A stretch of DNA of 47,302 nucleotides, from NCBI GenBank assembly GCA_030141605.1, contig JAQGDQ010001322.1, forward strand, positions 1-47,302, read 5' to 3'. The notes under the pieces were generated by a model, which saw only the letters and a list, made by a program, of their open reading frames with translations, did no database searches and was not told the DNA's origin. This DNA is from Tubiluchus corallicola. Taxonomy: Eukaryota > Animalia > Priapulida. The position numbers and the translations under genes were made by a program. This document shows, one piece after another, positions 1 through 11,714 of this stretch. The first letter of the stretch is position 1. Each line of letters begins with the position of its first letter.

Positions 1-245
1 CGCTTGCGTTTAGTAATGGTTTCGCAAAACCTATAGCCTACCCGACATTATAATACGATACCAGCATAAAATTTTAATAAATACCGGCAAAATAGTTAAT
101 TATTAGAAATACTTGCAAGTGCTTTGTACATCGTAATTATTTTTTGATAATTAGAAGGCACGCACTGTATGCGTTGCATGTATGGACTGGACTGCACGCC
201 ACTGTTTGCAATTGAATGTTATAAAAACTTCATCCTTTACGATAT

Positions 246-731
<486 letters not shown>

Positions 732-974
732 CACCTTTGTCCAAGGCTTGCAACGTGCTACATCTAAACGCAATCGTCAAATGCAAAATATGCATTTAAA
801 TCTCGGCAGGTTTAACCCCTTATTGCTCGCATGCACAAACAATCAAAAATTTTCAGTTTTTTTTCATTGAATATATTATTTGCATAAAAGGAAGAAACTG
901 TTCAACGATTTTTAACAGTTCAGTAATATCATTTCAGGAGATAATTTTATAAAATTCGTTAAATTTGATCATGC

Positions 975-1315
975 GAATTCTAAATATGCCTACTACACCC
1001 ATCGCTGAACGGGCTATCTATCCATACCCAGTACCCCCCTCGGCCCGTTCCCGTTCTCTACATCTCAGCCGTATAACTTTTGCAATTTTTTGCAAAAAAC
1101 GGTCGAAAAAGGGGCATTTTTGGAGGTTTTTCGCCCCCCCCCTTCCTTCCGGTGGGCCCGATTCGAAAAATAAACCATCAATGGCACGACACTAGATCGA
1201 GACCTTTCTTTTGATATATAGATCGCCGCAAATGGTGCCCTCGTCCGGGCTGTAGCCTCGAATCTTATATATATATATATATAAATATACCAAGAATATT
1301 AATATAATAGAACTA
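975..1315 (+). mobile_element. Non-autonomous interspersed repeat, possibly Helitron/HINE-like
   Basis: The core ctagatcgagacctttc.tttgatatatagatcgccgcaaatggtgccctcgtc...ctgtagcctcgaatctt followed by a dinucleotide run recurs at ~15905..16245 (mirror), ~23000..23150 and, inverted, ~34741..35125. The family assignment is inference. Confidence 0.6.
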
Positions 1316-1667
1316 GCAAAGGCCCCGCAAAAAAAATTTTGCGTATAAATCCACTCATAATCAAATATGCGCAAACATTCTACCTAGTGTTTGTCTGTTT
1401 ATCTAACGCAAAGCCAGAAGCTTTTACTGAATTAAAGTTACAGGCAGAGTATATTGGATGACGTCACAACAATGGCTTTGCGTCAGCAGTTTTTCAAGCG
1501 AAAATTGCCAAAAATAGAACATCTAATTAACTCGTCGTCACTGCTCTTGATGGACGTGTCCTAATATAGACCACATCATCGTATAGCCCTGTTCTTCCTC
1601 TTTCTAAAGAGCTGTATATCTCCCTTCGAGAGTCCCACCAGGTGACGTCAGAACGTTTTTTCTGCAG

Positions 1668-1703
1668 ACTGTTTGAGCAAAAAAATTTCGAAAAAAATCA
1701 CTG
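1668..1703 (+). CDS. Candidate 36-nt phase-1/phase-1 micro-exon upstream of the C-type lectin exon (DCLSKKISKKIT)
   Basis: Acceptor tttttctgcag, donor G|gtaatat, open frame, phase compatible with the exon at 1853. Mirror copy at 15518..15553 (-). No homology support. Confidence 0.3.
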
Positions 1704-1852
1704 GTAATATTTGTTATTTTAGTGTTTCATGGGAGTGGTAAAGTACGTTATAATTGCTGTGGAATGTATAAAAGTTAAATAACTTATATTATATGAAAAT
1801 ATAATGGTAAATAACCAAATTTAATATTAATTATATTTTGTTTTTAATAAAG

Positions 1853-2076
1853 CTGGTGAGCATTTTTGGATTGGTTTAATGGACATACACGAGGAGGGTG
1901 ACTGGAGGTGGTTTGCAACAGGTCGACCTGCCCTTTTTACTTCTTGGGATGTAGCAGATGGCCAACCAGATAATTACGGCGATGGCGAAAGCTGCGCCAT
2001 CTTGCGGGAAAATGGGAACACGTGGAATGACTTCTCGTGTGATACAGCAAAATTTCCGTATATTTGTGAATTCTAG
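1853..2076 (+). CDS. C-type lectin domain protein, terminal exon (C-terminal half of the CTLD)
   Basis: Acceptor tttttaataaag, then (A)GEHFWIGLMDIHEEGDWRW...FTSWDVADGQPDNYGDGESCAILRENGNTWNDFSCDTAKFPYICEF*. Contains the WIGL, QPD, WND and C-terminal Cys motifs of the CTLD. Confidence 0.9.
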
Positions 2077-2339
2077 GCGACAAGCTAGATTACTCATCAC
2101 GGAAATCCGAATTTTTGTCTTTTTTTAACTCGTTCACTACCGTTCTTGAAAAAGTAAAAAAAATCGAATCGATATAGGCTAATATTAAACATGTTTGTAT
2201 ACTGTTGTTACTGATTTGCATACTGATTGTTAATAAACGAAACTTAGTGTGGATTTTACTGGTATTTGAGGACAATTTATACGCATGACTACGTGTTCCT
2301 ATGTAGCAAGTTTGCAATTCTTGTATATCACGCGCATCT

Positions 2340-2437
2340 GCTTATACACAATTACGGCGTTGAAAATACCGGTTGTTCAAAACAGGTTGATGACAAGGGT
2401 TCTCGTCTGATCACCGAAGTTAAGCAACGAAGAGGGG
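2340..2437 (+). pseudogene. 5S rRNA-derived fragment (5' half) followed by (TAAG)n
   Basis: gcgttgaaaataccggtt...ctcgtctgatcaccgaagttaagcaacg resembles metazoan 5S rRNA. It is truncated at gagggg and followed by TAAG repeats 2438..2503. Confidence 0.75.
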
Positions 2438-2503
<66 letters not shown>

Positions 2504-2877
2504 CTAGAGCCAACATTTCACAGAAAACAAAATTCATAGAAAATTTTATAAATACTTTTGAAAGTTCAATTGTTCAAAGTATGATTGACACAGATCACGT
2601 GATCAAAACTTTGCCAGTTCATCAGAGCAACCAGGGAGAATGTTGATTTTTGCATGTAGATGCATCAGTGTCGTGTACATGGCTTCAATGTAAATTAGCT
2701 ATTATCAGCAACCTCAGAATCATTATTATTGTTATTATTGATCTATAATTGTTGTGACTAACCAAAGATATACCTTTCGCACTTTTGTTTCAATATAGGT
2801 GAAACTTGGTGGTGTGTCGAGTGAAGAAAACGAAAAGAACGCAGATTTGATTTTATTTTAGAGCGAGCAACTTGGCT

Positions 2878-2935
2878 ACCGAAGTTGAGCAATATCAAGC
2901 GTGGTAATGATGTGGTTGGGTGACCGCTTGAGGAT
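2878..2935 (+). pseudogene. Second, more degenerate 5S-derived fragment (mirror at ~14540..14597)
   Basis: accgaagttgagcaatatcaagcgtggtaatgatgtggttgggtgaccgcttgag aligns by eye to the 5S box A to box C segment. Confidence 0.6.
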
Positions 2936-3808
2936 CTCACTCAGGGAAATTTCTTTTACTGCAATTTTAAATTATTTCGTTTATTTAGGGAGAGTGTATA
3001 TACATATATCATTATATATATATATATATATAATAACACAGAGTGTTATTTTGAGGGAGGCCGATTTCATTACAGATCTTTGGTTTAAATTCCCCCGTTT
3101 AAGTAGCTGGGATAGTTAATTGTGGATTCGTACAGAAGTTCCGAAATTGCGGATGATGTGATAATTGTTTTCGGTTAGATTATCCTCATTCCAGCGTGTT
3201 AAGTCACATGACCTCACTTTGGAGGCAGAAATTGCACAGAGCAGAACAAGTGCAATGAATCTATCGCTTGATGTCAATCTTACTAGTGTGGTGTTTTACA
3301 CTTGCTCACCTCCCCTTGCCTTGACTGTTCTGAAGAAGAATAGCTATTTTACCTTTGACAACGGTAAATTCGCTAATAAACGCCCTAAGAATGGAATCAG
3401 CGGCGAATCTAATAATTACATTTACTTGCATGAACAGCGTCAGGACGCCGCCATCTTTGTTTACATGCAGAGCGAGACAACAAACCAACATACCCCAAAA
3501 TTTAATTAAATATGTTAAATAATTACATTATATCTTCAATAACACTAAAATGAAACCTGTAAAGTGTTTAAACAATTCTAGAATATATTTATTATGTAAA
3601 ATTAATTTTATAATAATCACTTATCAACAAAATATACATTGGGCAATAGCTGGCAATCTGTTGCCAGGACGCCAGGTACACAAACTTTACAGATGTCACG
3701 TGATGAAGAGCAGATAAGCCTCCTATAAAAAGAGGAGTTTCAGGAGCAAAAAGGGACAGCTGCTGAATAAGCAGCCACTGCAGAGTAAGCAGCCCTGCTG
3801 AATAAGCG

Positions 3809-3841
<33 letters not shown>

Positions 3842-4544
3842 ATAGTCCAACTTTCTTCCCTTTCCTGTTTTTTATGCATCCCTCTTTTTTTTCTATTTCT
3901 GTTCCTTTTCGAGGCGGACGTTAACTTATTTGGCTGTTTTGCCATTTTCGGGTCGCCTCCATCACACAGGGCTAATACATGTAATTATAATAGAGTTACA
4001 GTCTTCAGTTGTTACAGAAGTGCACAAATTTGTGCTTGTAGAAATTTTATAAGTTGGCTAAATAAATGAATCTTGAAATTATGGTTTAAATTCGCGTGTA
4101 TCAAATCCATATCAATCATAGTATTACTAGTATTACTTTATGACGTTATCACTGTTACTAATAGACTGAGTCAAAACTAATGGTTTCATTTAACACGATG
4201 CTCGTTATTTCTCACATATTTCGGTTTATTGAAATTTGAGAATCAGCGAGTTGTCTGCAAGACCTAAGTACGATCCAATGACCCAAGATCCAATGTCCAA
4301 AGTCCGAAAAACCTACTGCCCCAAGACCCAATGTTCCAAGATCCATTAACCCAATGACGCAAGATCCAGTAACCCAAAATCCAAAGACCCAATGGCTCAA
4401 AACCAAAACACAGAGATAAGTGAAAGATTTAGCTTTATCTGATTATTAACAAAACAGAAATTTCATTACAAATGCAAAAACATGAAGAAACAAGATAATA
4501 TAACAAGTAATTACGTACGTATCATTGTCTCACTACAAAACAGA

Positions 4545-4970
4545 AAAAATGCTTGGGAAAATAGTGATAAATGGTGAAATGCTTTGGAAAATAGTAATAA
4601 ATGGTGAAATGCTTTGGAAAATAGTGATAAATGGTGAAAATGCTTAGTGATAAATGATGAAAATGCTTTGGAAAATAGTGATAAATTTTGAAAATGCTTT
4701 GGAAAATAGTGATAAATGATGAAAATACTTTGGAAAATAGTGATAAAGGATGAAAATGCTTTGGAAAATAGTGATAAAGGATGAAAATGCTTTGGAAAAT
4801 AGTCATAAATGATGAAAATGCTTTGGAAAATAGTGATAAATGACGAAAATGCTTTGAAAAATAGTGATAAATGGTGCGAATTTTTTGGAAAACAGTTATA
4901 AATTGTGAAAATGGTTTGGAAAATATTGAAAAATGGTGAAAATGATTTGGAAAATAGTGATAAATGATAA
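4545..4970. repeat. ~30-31-bp minisatellite (aaatgctttggaaaatagtgataaatgRtga)
   Basis: Direct tandem units. The mirror array at ~12153..12888 is about 300 bp longer. Confidence 0.95.
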
Positions 4971-5094
4971 AAACACAATTTAAACTTTTCATGATTATCA
5001 TCGATCGCCTTAACTGTTCGAGGCTGAAGAATTGTGTAGTACAACTTCTAGGAGCCTATTCTGAGTACCATTATTTGACTACGTTTCGAAACTT

Positions 5095-5408
5095 CTAATA
5101 GTGACGTGATTTAAAATGTCCAAAAGTTTTAAAAATCCAGTCATAAATTTGCTCGAAAATGTCGAACACTGTACAAAGAAGAGAAGAAGTTTGCTGCGCG
5201 TTGTCTACAATAAAATCCAGCAGCGTGTTGAGTTGATCCTCCGTCAGAGTGCACACTGTTACCGTTATCGTTTCCGTTGTGTCGCCATCTGGACAATTCG
5301 ACGTCATTACTTCAGCACTAACGCCCGTCACATCCGTGCCATCGACTACACCCCATGTATACAAATCTCCAGTGTTACCAGCACACGTGTCGCTATTAAA
5401 CATGTCAT
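5095..5408 (-). CDS. Pentraxin-domain protein terminal exon, left-arm copy (no matching upstream exon found in this orientation)
   Basis: Acceptor ttttctcag, then (D)DMFNSDTCAGNTGDLYTWGVVDGTDVTGVSAEV...KSRHY*. Protein identical to 11715..12028. Confidence 0.65.
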
Positions 5409-5741
5409 CTGAGAAAACATATAAATGGAATTAAATCCATATTTGGCAAAATAAATGTAACCTCATCAAAATGGAATTTATTGCCGACCGGTTTCGAACA
5501 AAACTGTTTATTATCAAGGCATCTAAAACAAAGAAATTTAGAAACAACATCGAAATATTACTACTGAAGTGCCTTTGAACTTGTACAACATTAACAGTGC
5601 TCCGTGGTTTGTCGAATTCAGTAACAAAATGGCAGCTCCCTAATATTGACAGTTTACCACTAGCATATTGGTTTGTTCGTTTGTGGAGTGTTACATAGTT
5701 TCATACCAATCAAGATTTGTAAACTGTAAGGTAAATTGTGT

Positions 5742-6608
5742 TGTTGGGAGCCGTTTGGACCACTGCGCCAAGTAGACCAATTGGTCTACTTGGGTTGCCC
5801 AAGTAGGACACTAGAGACAGGTCGCAAATTGAGTCGTTAAGTTTACTGACACCGTCCGTTGTGCTTGTTTATGTAATAATAATAATTAAAAACGTTAGTA
5901 CACGTTGAATAATTTATTATACATCTAATAAGTTTGGTTTCGATATTAATGTTGTTGAAGTGAAAAAAACACTTTTTTGCGAATTCAACATTTGTTTAAG
6001 GTATATCATTTTTGATTTTGTCTCACTTCACAAACAGGTGATCCGTTTCACTACCTCTTGGGCAAATAATTGTTTTCTTATAAGTAAACGTTCTAGCAAT
6101 CTATGTGTCCTACATGGGCTAGCGAGCCATGTAGGACAGTGCCCTACATGTTACAATACTACTGATAATATTAAAACTAATTATCCTTGCTTTTCTTAAA
6201 TGTTAAAAATTACTTTTTGGTGTTGTGAAGGCTTAGCAGCATCTGTCTCATTTTTAAATTTGCAATTATTTCTGTAATAACTGTGTGCAGAATTTCTCTC
6301 TTTAAAGCATTAGATACTAGGTTTATGTTATGATATATTAATGGAGTTAATCATAATGATGAAATTATTGTAAGAAATGCATTTGTAAATTGCCAAGGAA
6401 TATCCATTTCTAAAAGAAATTTTGTTTTATGCTTTATTATGTCATAACAATACTTATAAACAATGGTAATATAAACTGGAAACAAGTTTTGCCAGAGCAA
6501 GTTTCTCGACAAAAATCGCTAGTGTCCTACTTGGGCTGCCCATGTAGGACACTACTTTTAGCGCATCAAGTGGTCTACTTGGCGCAGTGGTCCAAACGGC
6601 TCCCAACA
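5742..6608. mobile_element. Non-autonomous TIR element with TGT...ACA ends and a 5-bp TSD (Ginger-like)
   Basis: TIR tgttgggagccgtttggaccactgcgccaagtagacca at both ends. TSD tgtgt at 5737..5741 and 6609..6613. Internal gtaggacac/gtgtcctac motifs. Confidence 0.85.
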
Positions 6609-6959
6609 TGTGTTACTGTTACTATTGTAAATAATGTTATTATATCTTTTGATTATCTAACTACTGAATTGTATTTCGATGTTGTTTCTAAATTCTAGTA
6701 AATTTCTTTGTTTTAGATGCCTTGATAATAAACAGTTGTGTTAGAAACTGGTCAGCCAAAATTCAATTTTGAATGAAATTTAAAAAAACTAGATGACAAC
6801 GTTGATGACGTTGCCAGAAACTGAAGATTGTGCAAACAATAGTCATAAAATTGAGCTTTAAAATGAAGAGATGACAGCATTTGTTTGAAGGTTATTATTT
6901 TCACCTTGCTTGAATACATAAGAAGTGCATTTCTCAATGAAACTGCGACATTTAACTGT

Positions 6960-7437
6960 GCAGCGAGGTCACCCATGGCTCAGAGGTCAACCAATCTCGG
7001 CATGAACTCGAATCATTTAGTTTGTGTCATTCAGACCTTTCATTTGATGTAGTGCACGAGCTGGTTTCGGTTAACACCTAAAGACATTCGTCTTCTCGGC
7101 CCTTATTTTGCCCCTGTGGGGGTCAGAGGTCATCCAATCTTGACATAACTTACACCATTAAATTGGGCTCACTGAGACCTTTCATTTGATATACTGCAAG
7201 CTATTTTTGGTCACCCGACGCCTGTTTTGCCCCTAATGGGGTCAAAAGTTAACAATTCACATTAATACCCATGCCATTCGAATCGTCTCATCGAGACCTT
7301 TCATTTGATATGCTATATGGTACTCAATGCAGTTCCGTTCCTGACCCCCATTATTCTGACCCCAGATTCATTTTTCATAAATATTTGGGTACTGTGGAGC
7401 AGGAGTGCATCCGGAGTTTTAAAAACCTGGCAAGTTT
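6960..7437. repeat. Interspersed repeat with three internal gacctttcatttgat motifs; the mirror copy extends further (~9620..10160)
   Basis: Motif repeated at ~7033, ~7176 and ~7294. The left copy is cut at 7437 by the satellite. Confidence 0.55.
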
Positions 7438-8320
7438 CTCTTCTTTCTGTCTGCATTGTTCTTACATTCAGTACAGCACAGTCGATTGTTGTAACGCACA
7501 GTTTTTTCTCTCTTCTTTCTGTCTGTATTGTTCCTACATTCAGTACAGCACAGTCGATTGTTGTAACGCACAGTTTTTCTCTCCTTTCTGTCTACATTGT
7601 TCCTACATTCAGTACAGCACAGTCGATTGTTGTAACGCACAGTTTTTCTCTCCTTTCTGTCTGTATTGTTCCTACATTCAGTACAGCACAGTCGATTGTT
7701 GTAACGCACAGTTTTTCTCTCCTTTCTGTCTGTATTGTTCCTACATTCAGTACAGCACAGTCGATTGTTGTAACGCACAGTTTTTTCTTTCTTCTTTCTG
7801 TCTGCATTGTTCCTACATTCAGTACAGCACAGTCGATTGTTGTAACGCACAGTTTTTCTCTCTTCTTTCTGTCTGCATTGTTCCTACATTCAGTACAGCA
7901 CAGTCAATTGTTGTAACGCACAGTTTTTTCTCTCTTCTTTCTGTCTGCATTGTTCCTACATTCAGTACAGCACAGTCGATTGTTGTAATGCACAGTTTTT
8001 CTCTCTTCTTTCTGTCTGCATTGTTCCTACATTCAGTACAGCACAGTCAATTGTTGTAACGCACAGTTTTTTCTCTCTTCTTTCTGTCTGCATTGTTCCT
8101 ACATTCAGTACAGCACAGTCGATTGTTGTAACGCACAGTTTTTTCTCTCTTCTTTCTGTCTGCATTGTTCCTACATTCAGTACAGCACAGTCGATTGTTG
8201 TAACGCACAGTTTTTTCTCTCTTCTTTCTGTCTGCATTGTTCCTACATTCAGTACAGCACAGTCGATTGTTGTAACGCACAGTTTTTTCTCTCTTCTTTC
8301 CGTCTGCATTGTTCCTACAT
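7435..8320. repeat. Tandem satellite, ~69-72-bp unit, 12 full copies plus a partial copy
   Basis: Unit ttctctcttctttctgtctgcattgttcctacattcagtacagcacagtcgattgttgtaacgcacagttttt; no unique spacers. Confidence 0.97.
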
Positions 8321-9101
8321 CTTTATAATTCTCTTTGTGTAATATATTTTTATCGTTGTCTTACCGTAATCGTCAATAACAATGGCTGATTACGTAAGTA
8401 ACACTATAAAAACACTTTCATCTTCATCTGATCTATTTATCAAAACAGATTCACAATTCTACTTCACCGAATTACCAAAAGGTGTTTACGCCATTGTTCT
8501 TTCTTCACCTGCTCACTTTCTTATCCTTCCGCCTTACTCTGCATAAGTAGTTCTACGTGCGGATTCGTTCGCAACAGTTGTAGCGTGATTCTGTCTCATT
8601 CACATACCAGACATGGTATTTGTCATGTATCTGTGAGTTTTTGAAGACATAGACATAGACTTACATAGACATAAACATCTATTTTCTCCAATAATGTGTT
8701 ACAAATTCCATTTTTCAAAAACAACTTTACTTTATCCATTAAGATGGGGTCAGGAAAGACAGTAGGTCGTCTAGTCACACCCCCCCCCCTCCTCGCCCTA
8801 TAAATTATTATTGTAATAGCAGAGAAATTGATGACACTGGCTGCAATTTTAGTTAATTACTTAATTAAAATGGTCAAAGTAAAGCAATAACAAATGAAAA
8901 AATATAGCAGACATAACAGTAGTAAAGTAATACATATTCCAGCCATTTAATGACAAGGTGAAAAAGGTCGAAATGTGATTCGTTGCATAACAATGACGAC
9001 ATAAGTGGAGAAAAAATAATAAGTAAGCACAGATGAGGAATAAGTGTCACAATAAATAATTACGAATTAAATAAACAAATAATAATGTTCAGTTGTTTAC
9101 A

Positions 9102-9149
9102 AAATTCTCGACAACAAAAATAATATATTATTTTTGTTGTCGAGAATTT
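9102..9149. repeat. Perfect 48-bp spacer-less palindrome
   Basis: aaattctcgacaacaaaaataata|tattatttttgttgtcgagaattt. Confidence 0.95.
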
Positions 9150-9447
9150 ATATTGTCGAGAATATATATATGACTGAATAATTGAAAAGTAACTGAAGGA
9201 AGTGTAACAAAGTGTTACTCTTCTGGTGGAGAAGGAACAATAGCAGTTACTAGTTACCTATTTTGTAACGACGATGTACCTACGATGTAACTTCTAACTG
9301 TAATTTTCAAAGATGTTATTTGTAACTGTAACAGTGACATTAGTAAAGGAACTCTCCCAACACTGAGTCGTATGACTCCACGAAGTCCAGACTACTTGTA
9401 CATACCTCAGTGTTACATCGCATGGTTGTTATTTTAATTAGTAACAG

Positions 9448-9609
9448 GAAACTTTGACACTAATCCGGGACCCATAGAACCAATGGGGTGTTTCATATTC
9501 GGTCAAGATCAAGACTCGCCTCTTGGTGGATTTGCTGCCAGCCAAAGTTTCGCTGGGATGGTTACAGGCATAACAATCCATAATTCAAAGCTTGATCAAG
9601 ATACTATAG
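9448..9609 (+). CDS. Pentraxin domain internal exon (162 nt, phase 1/1), single copy in the spacer
   Basis: taacag|GA AAC... gives NFDTNPGPIEPMGCFIFGQDQDSPLGGFAASQSFAGMVTGITIHNSKLDQDTI|gtaaat. This matches the pentraxin signature (L/F)GQ(E/D)QDS.GG.F...QSF.G. Confidence 0.88.
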
Positions 9610-10513
9610 GTAAATTGTAGTATTTATTCGGTTCTATTGGGGGATACCAAATTTTGCATTTTGGCCCCTCCCTTGAGAGTTTAAAACTTGCCAGGTTTTT
9701 AAAACTCCGGATGCACTCCTGCTCCACAGTACCCAAATATTTATGAAAAAATGGATCTGGGGTCAGAATAATGGGGGTCAGGAATGGAACTGCATTGAGT
9801 ACCATATAGCATATCAAATGAAAGGTCTCGATGAGACGATTCGAATGGCATGGGTATTAATGTGAATTGTTAACTTTTGACCCCATTAGGGGCAAAACAG
9901 GCGTCGGGTGACCAAAAATAGCTTGTAGTATATCAAATGAAAGGTCTCAGTGAGCCCAATTTAATGGTGTAAGTTATGTCAAGATTGGATGACCTCTGAC
10001 CCCCACAGGGGCAAAATAAGGGCCGAGAAGACGAATGTCTTTAGGTGTTAACCGAAACCAGCTCGTGCACTACATCAAATGAAAGGTCTCAATGACACAA
10101 ACTAAATGATACAAGTTCATGCCGAGATTGGTTGACCTTTGACCCATGGGTGACCTCGCTGTACAGTTAAATGTCGCGGTTTCATTGAGAAATGCACTTC
10201 TTATGTATTCAAGCAAGGTGAAAATAATAACCTTCAAACAAATGCTGTCATCTCTTCATTTTAAAGCTCAATTTTATGACTATTGTTTGCACAATCTTCA
10301 GTTTCTGACCACATCACAAACGTTGTCATCTAGTTTTTTTAAATTTCATTCAAAATTGAATTTTGGCTGACCAGTTTCTAACACAACTGTTTATTATCAA
10401 GGCATCTAAAACAAAGAAATTTACTAGAATTTAGAAACAACATCGAAATACAATTCAGTAGTTAGATAATCAAAAGATATAATAACATTATTTACAATAG
10501 TAACAGTAACACA

Positions 10514-11381
10514 TGTTGGGAGCCGTTTGGACCACTGCGCCAAGTAGACCACTTGATGCGCTAAAAGTAGTGTCCTACATGGGCAGCCCAAGTAGGACAC
10601 TAGCGATTTTTGTCGAGAAACTTGCTCTGGCAAAACTTGTTTCCAGTTTATATTACCATTGTTTATAAGTATTGTTATGACATAATAAAGCTTAAAACAA
10701 AATTTCTTTTAGAAATGGATATTCCTTGGCAATTTACAAATGCATTTCTTGCAATAATTTCTTCATTATGATTAACTCCATTAATATATCATAACATTAA
10801 ACCTAGTATCTAATGCTTTAAAGAGAGAAATTCTGCACACAGTTATTACAGAAATAATTGCAAATTTAAAAATGAGACAGATGCTGCTAAGCCTTCACAA
10901 CACCAAAAAGTAATTTTTAACATTTAAGAAAAGCAAGGATAATTAGTTTTAATATTATCAGTAGTATTGTAACATGTAGGGCACTGTCCTACATGGCTCG
11001 CTAGCCCATGTAGGACACATAGATTGCTAGAACGTTTACTTATAAGAAAACAATTATTTGCCCAAGAGGTAGTGAAACGGATCACCTGTTTGTGAAGTGA
11101 GACACAATCAAAAATGATATACCTTAAACAAATGTTGAATTCGCAAAAAAGTGTTTTTTTCACTTCAACAACATTAATATCGAAACCAAACTTATTAGAT
11201 GTATAATAAATTATTCAACGTGTACTAACGTTTTTAATTATTATTATTACATAAACAAGCACAACGGACGGTGTCAGTAAACTTAACGACTCAATTTGCG
11301 ACCTGTCTCTAGTGTCCTACTTGGGCAACCCAAGTAGACCAATTGGTCTACTTGGCGCAGTGGTCCAAACGGCTCCCAACA
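10514..11381. mobile_element. Mirror copy of the TGT...ACA TIR element
   Basis: Same TIRs; TSD acaca at 10509..10513 and 11382..11386. Confidence 0.85.
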
Positions 11382-11602
11382 ACACAATTTACCTTACAGA
11401 CTACAAATCTTGATTGGTATAAAACTATGTAACACTCCACAAACAAACAAACCAATATGTTAGTAGTAAACTGTCAATATTAGGGAGCTGCCATTTTGTT
11501 ACTGAATTCGACAAACCACGGAGCACTGTTAATGTTGTACAAGTTCAAAGGCACTTCAGTAGTAATATTTCGATGTTGTTTCTAAATTTCTTTGTTTTAG
11601 AT

Positions 11603-11640
11603 GCCTTGATGATGAACAGTTTTGTTCGAAACCGGTCGGC
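11603..11640 (+). ncRNA. Candidate minimal type-I hammerhead ribozyme (Penelope-like element type)
   Basis: gcc-TTGATGA-t-gaac(agtttt)gttc-GAAA-ccgg-TC-ggc. Stem I gcc/ggc, C3U-variant core, stem II gaac/gttc, palindromic accggt stem III, GUC cleavage triplet. Degenerate copies at 5483..5520(-), 6719..6757(+) and ~10366..10403(-). Confidence 0.6.
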
Positions 11641-11714
11641 GATAAATTCCATTTTGATGTAGTTACATTTATTTTGCCAAATATGGATTTAATTCCATTT
11701 GTATGTTTTCTCAG

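Noticed and set aside
1459-1650. Two TGACGTCA (CRE) sites upstream of the lectin exon
   Set aside because: They lie in presumed intron sequence with no evidence of a promoter.
7271-8309. Cys-rich repeated ORFs and a CRISPR-like regular repeat
   Set aside because: Pure tandem satellite without unique spacers or cas genes, in a eukaryotic context; ORFs are open in multiple frames with length slippage.
8382-8546. 54-aa ORF (MADYVSNTIK...PPYSA*) just after the satellite in the spacer
   Set aside because: No recognisable motif, not pentraxin-like and too short to support.
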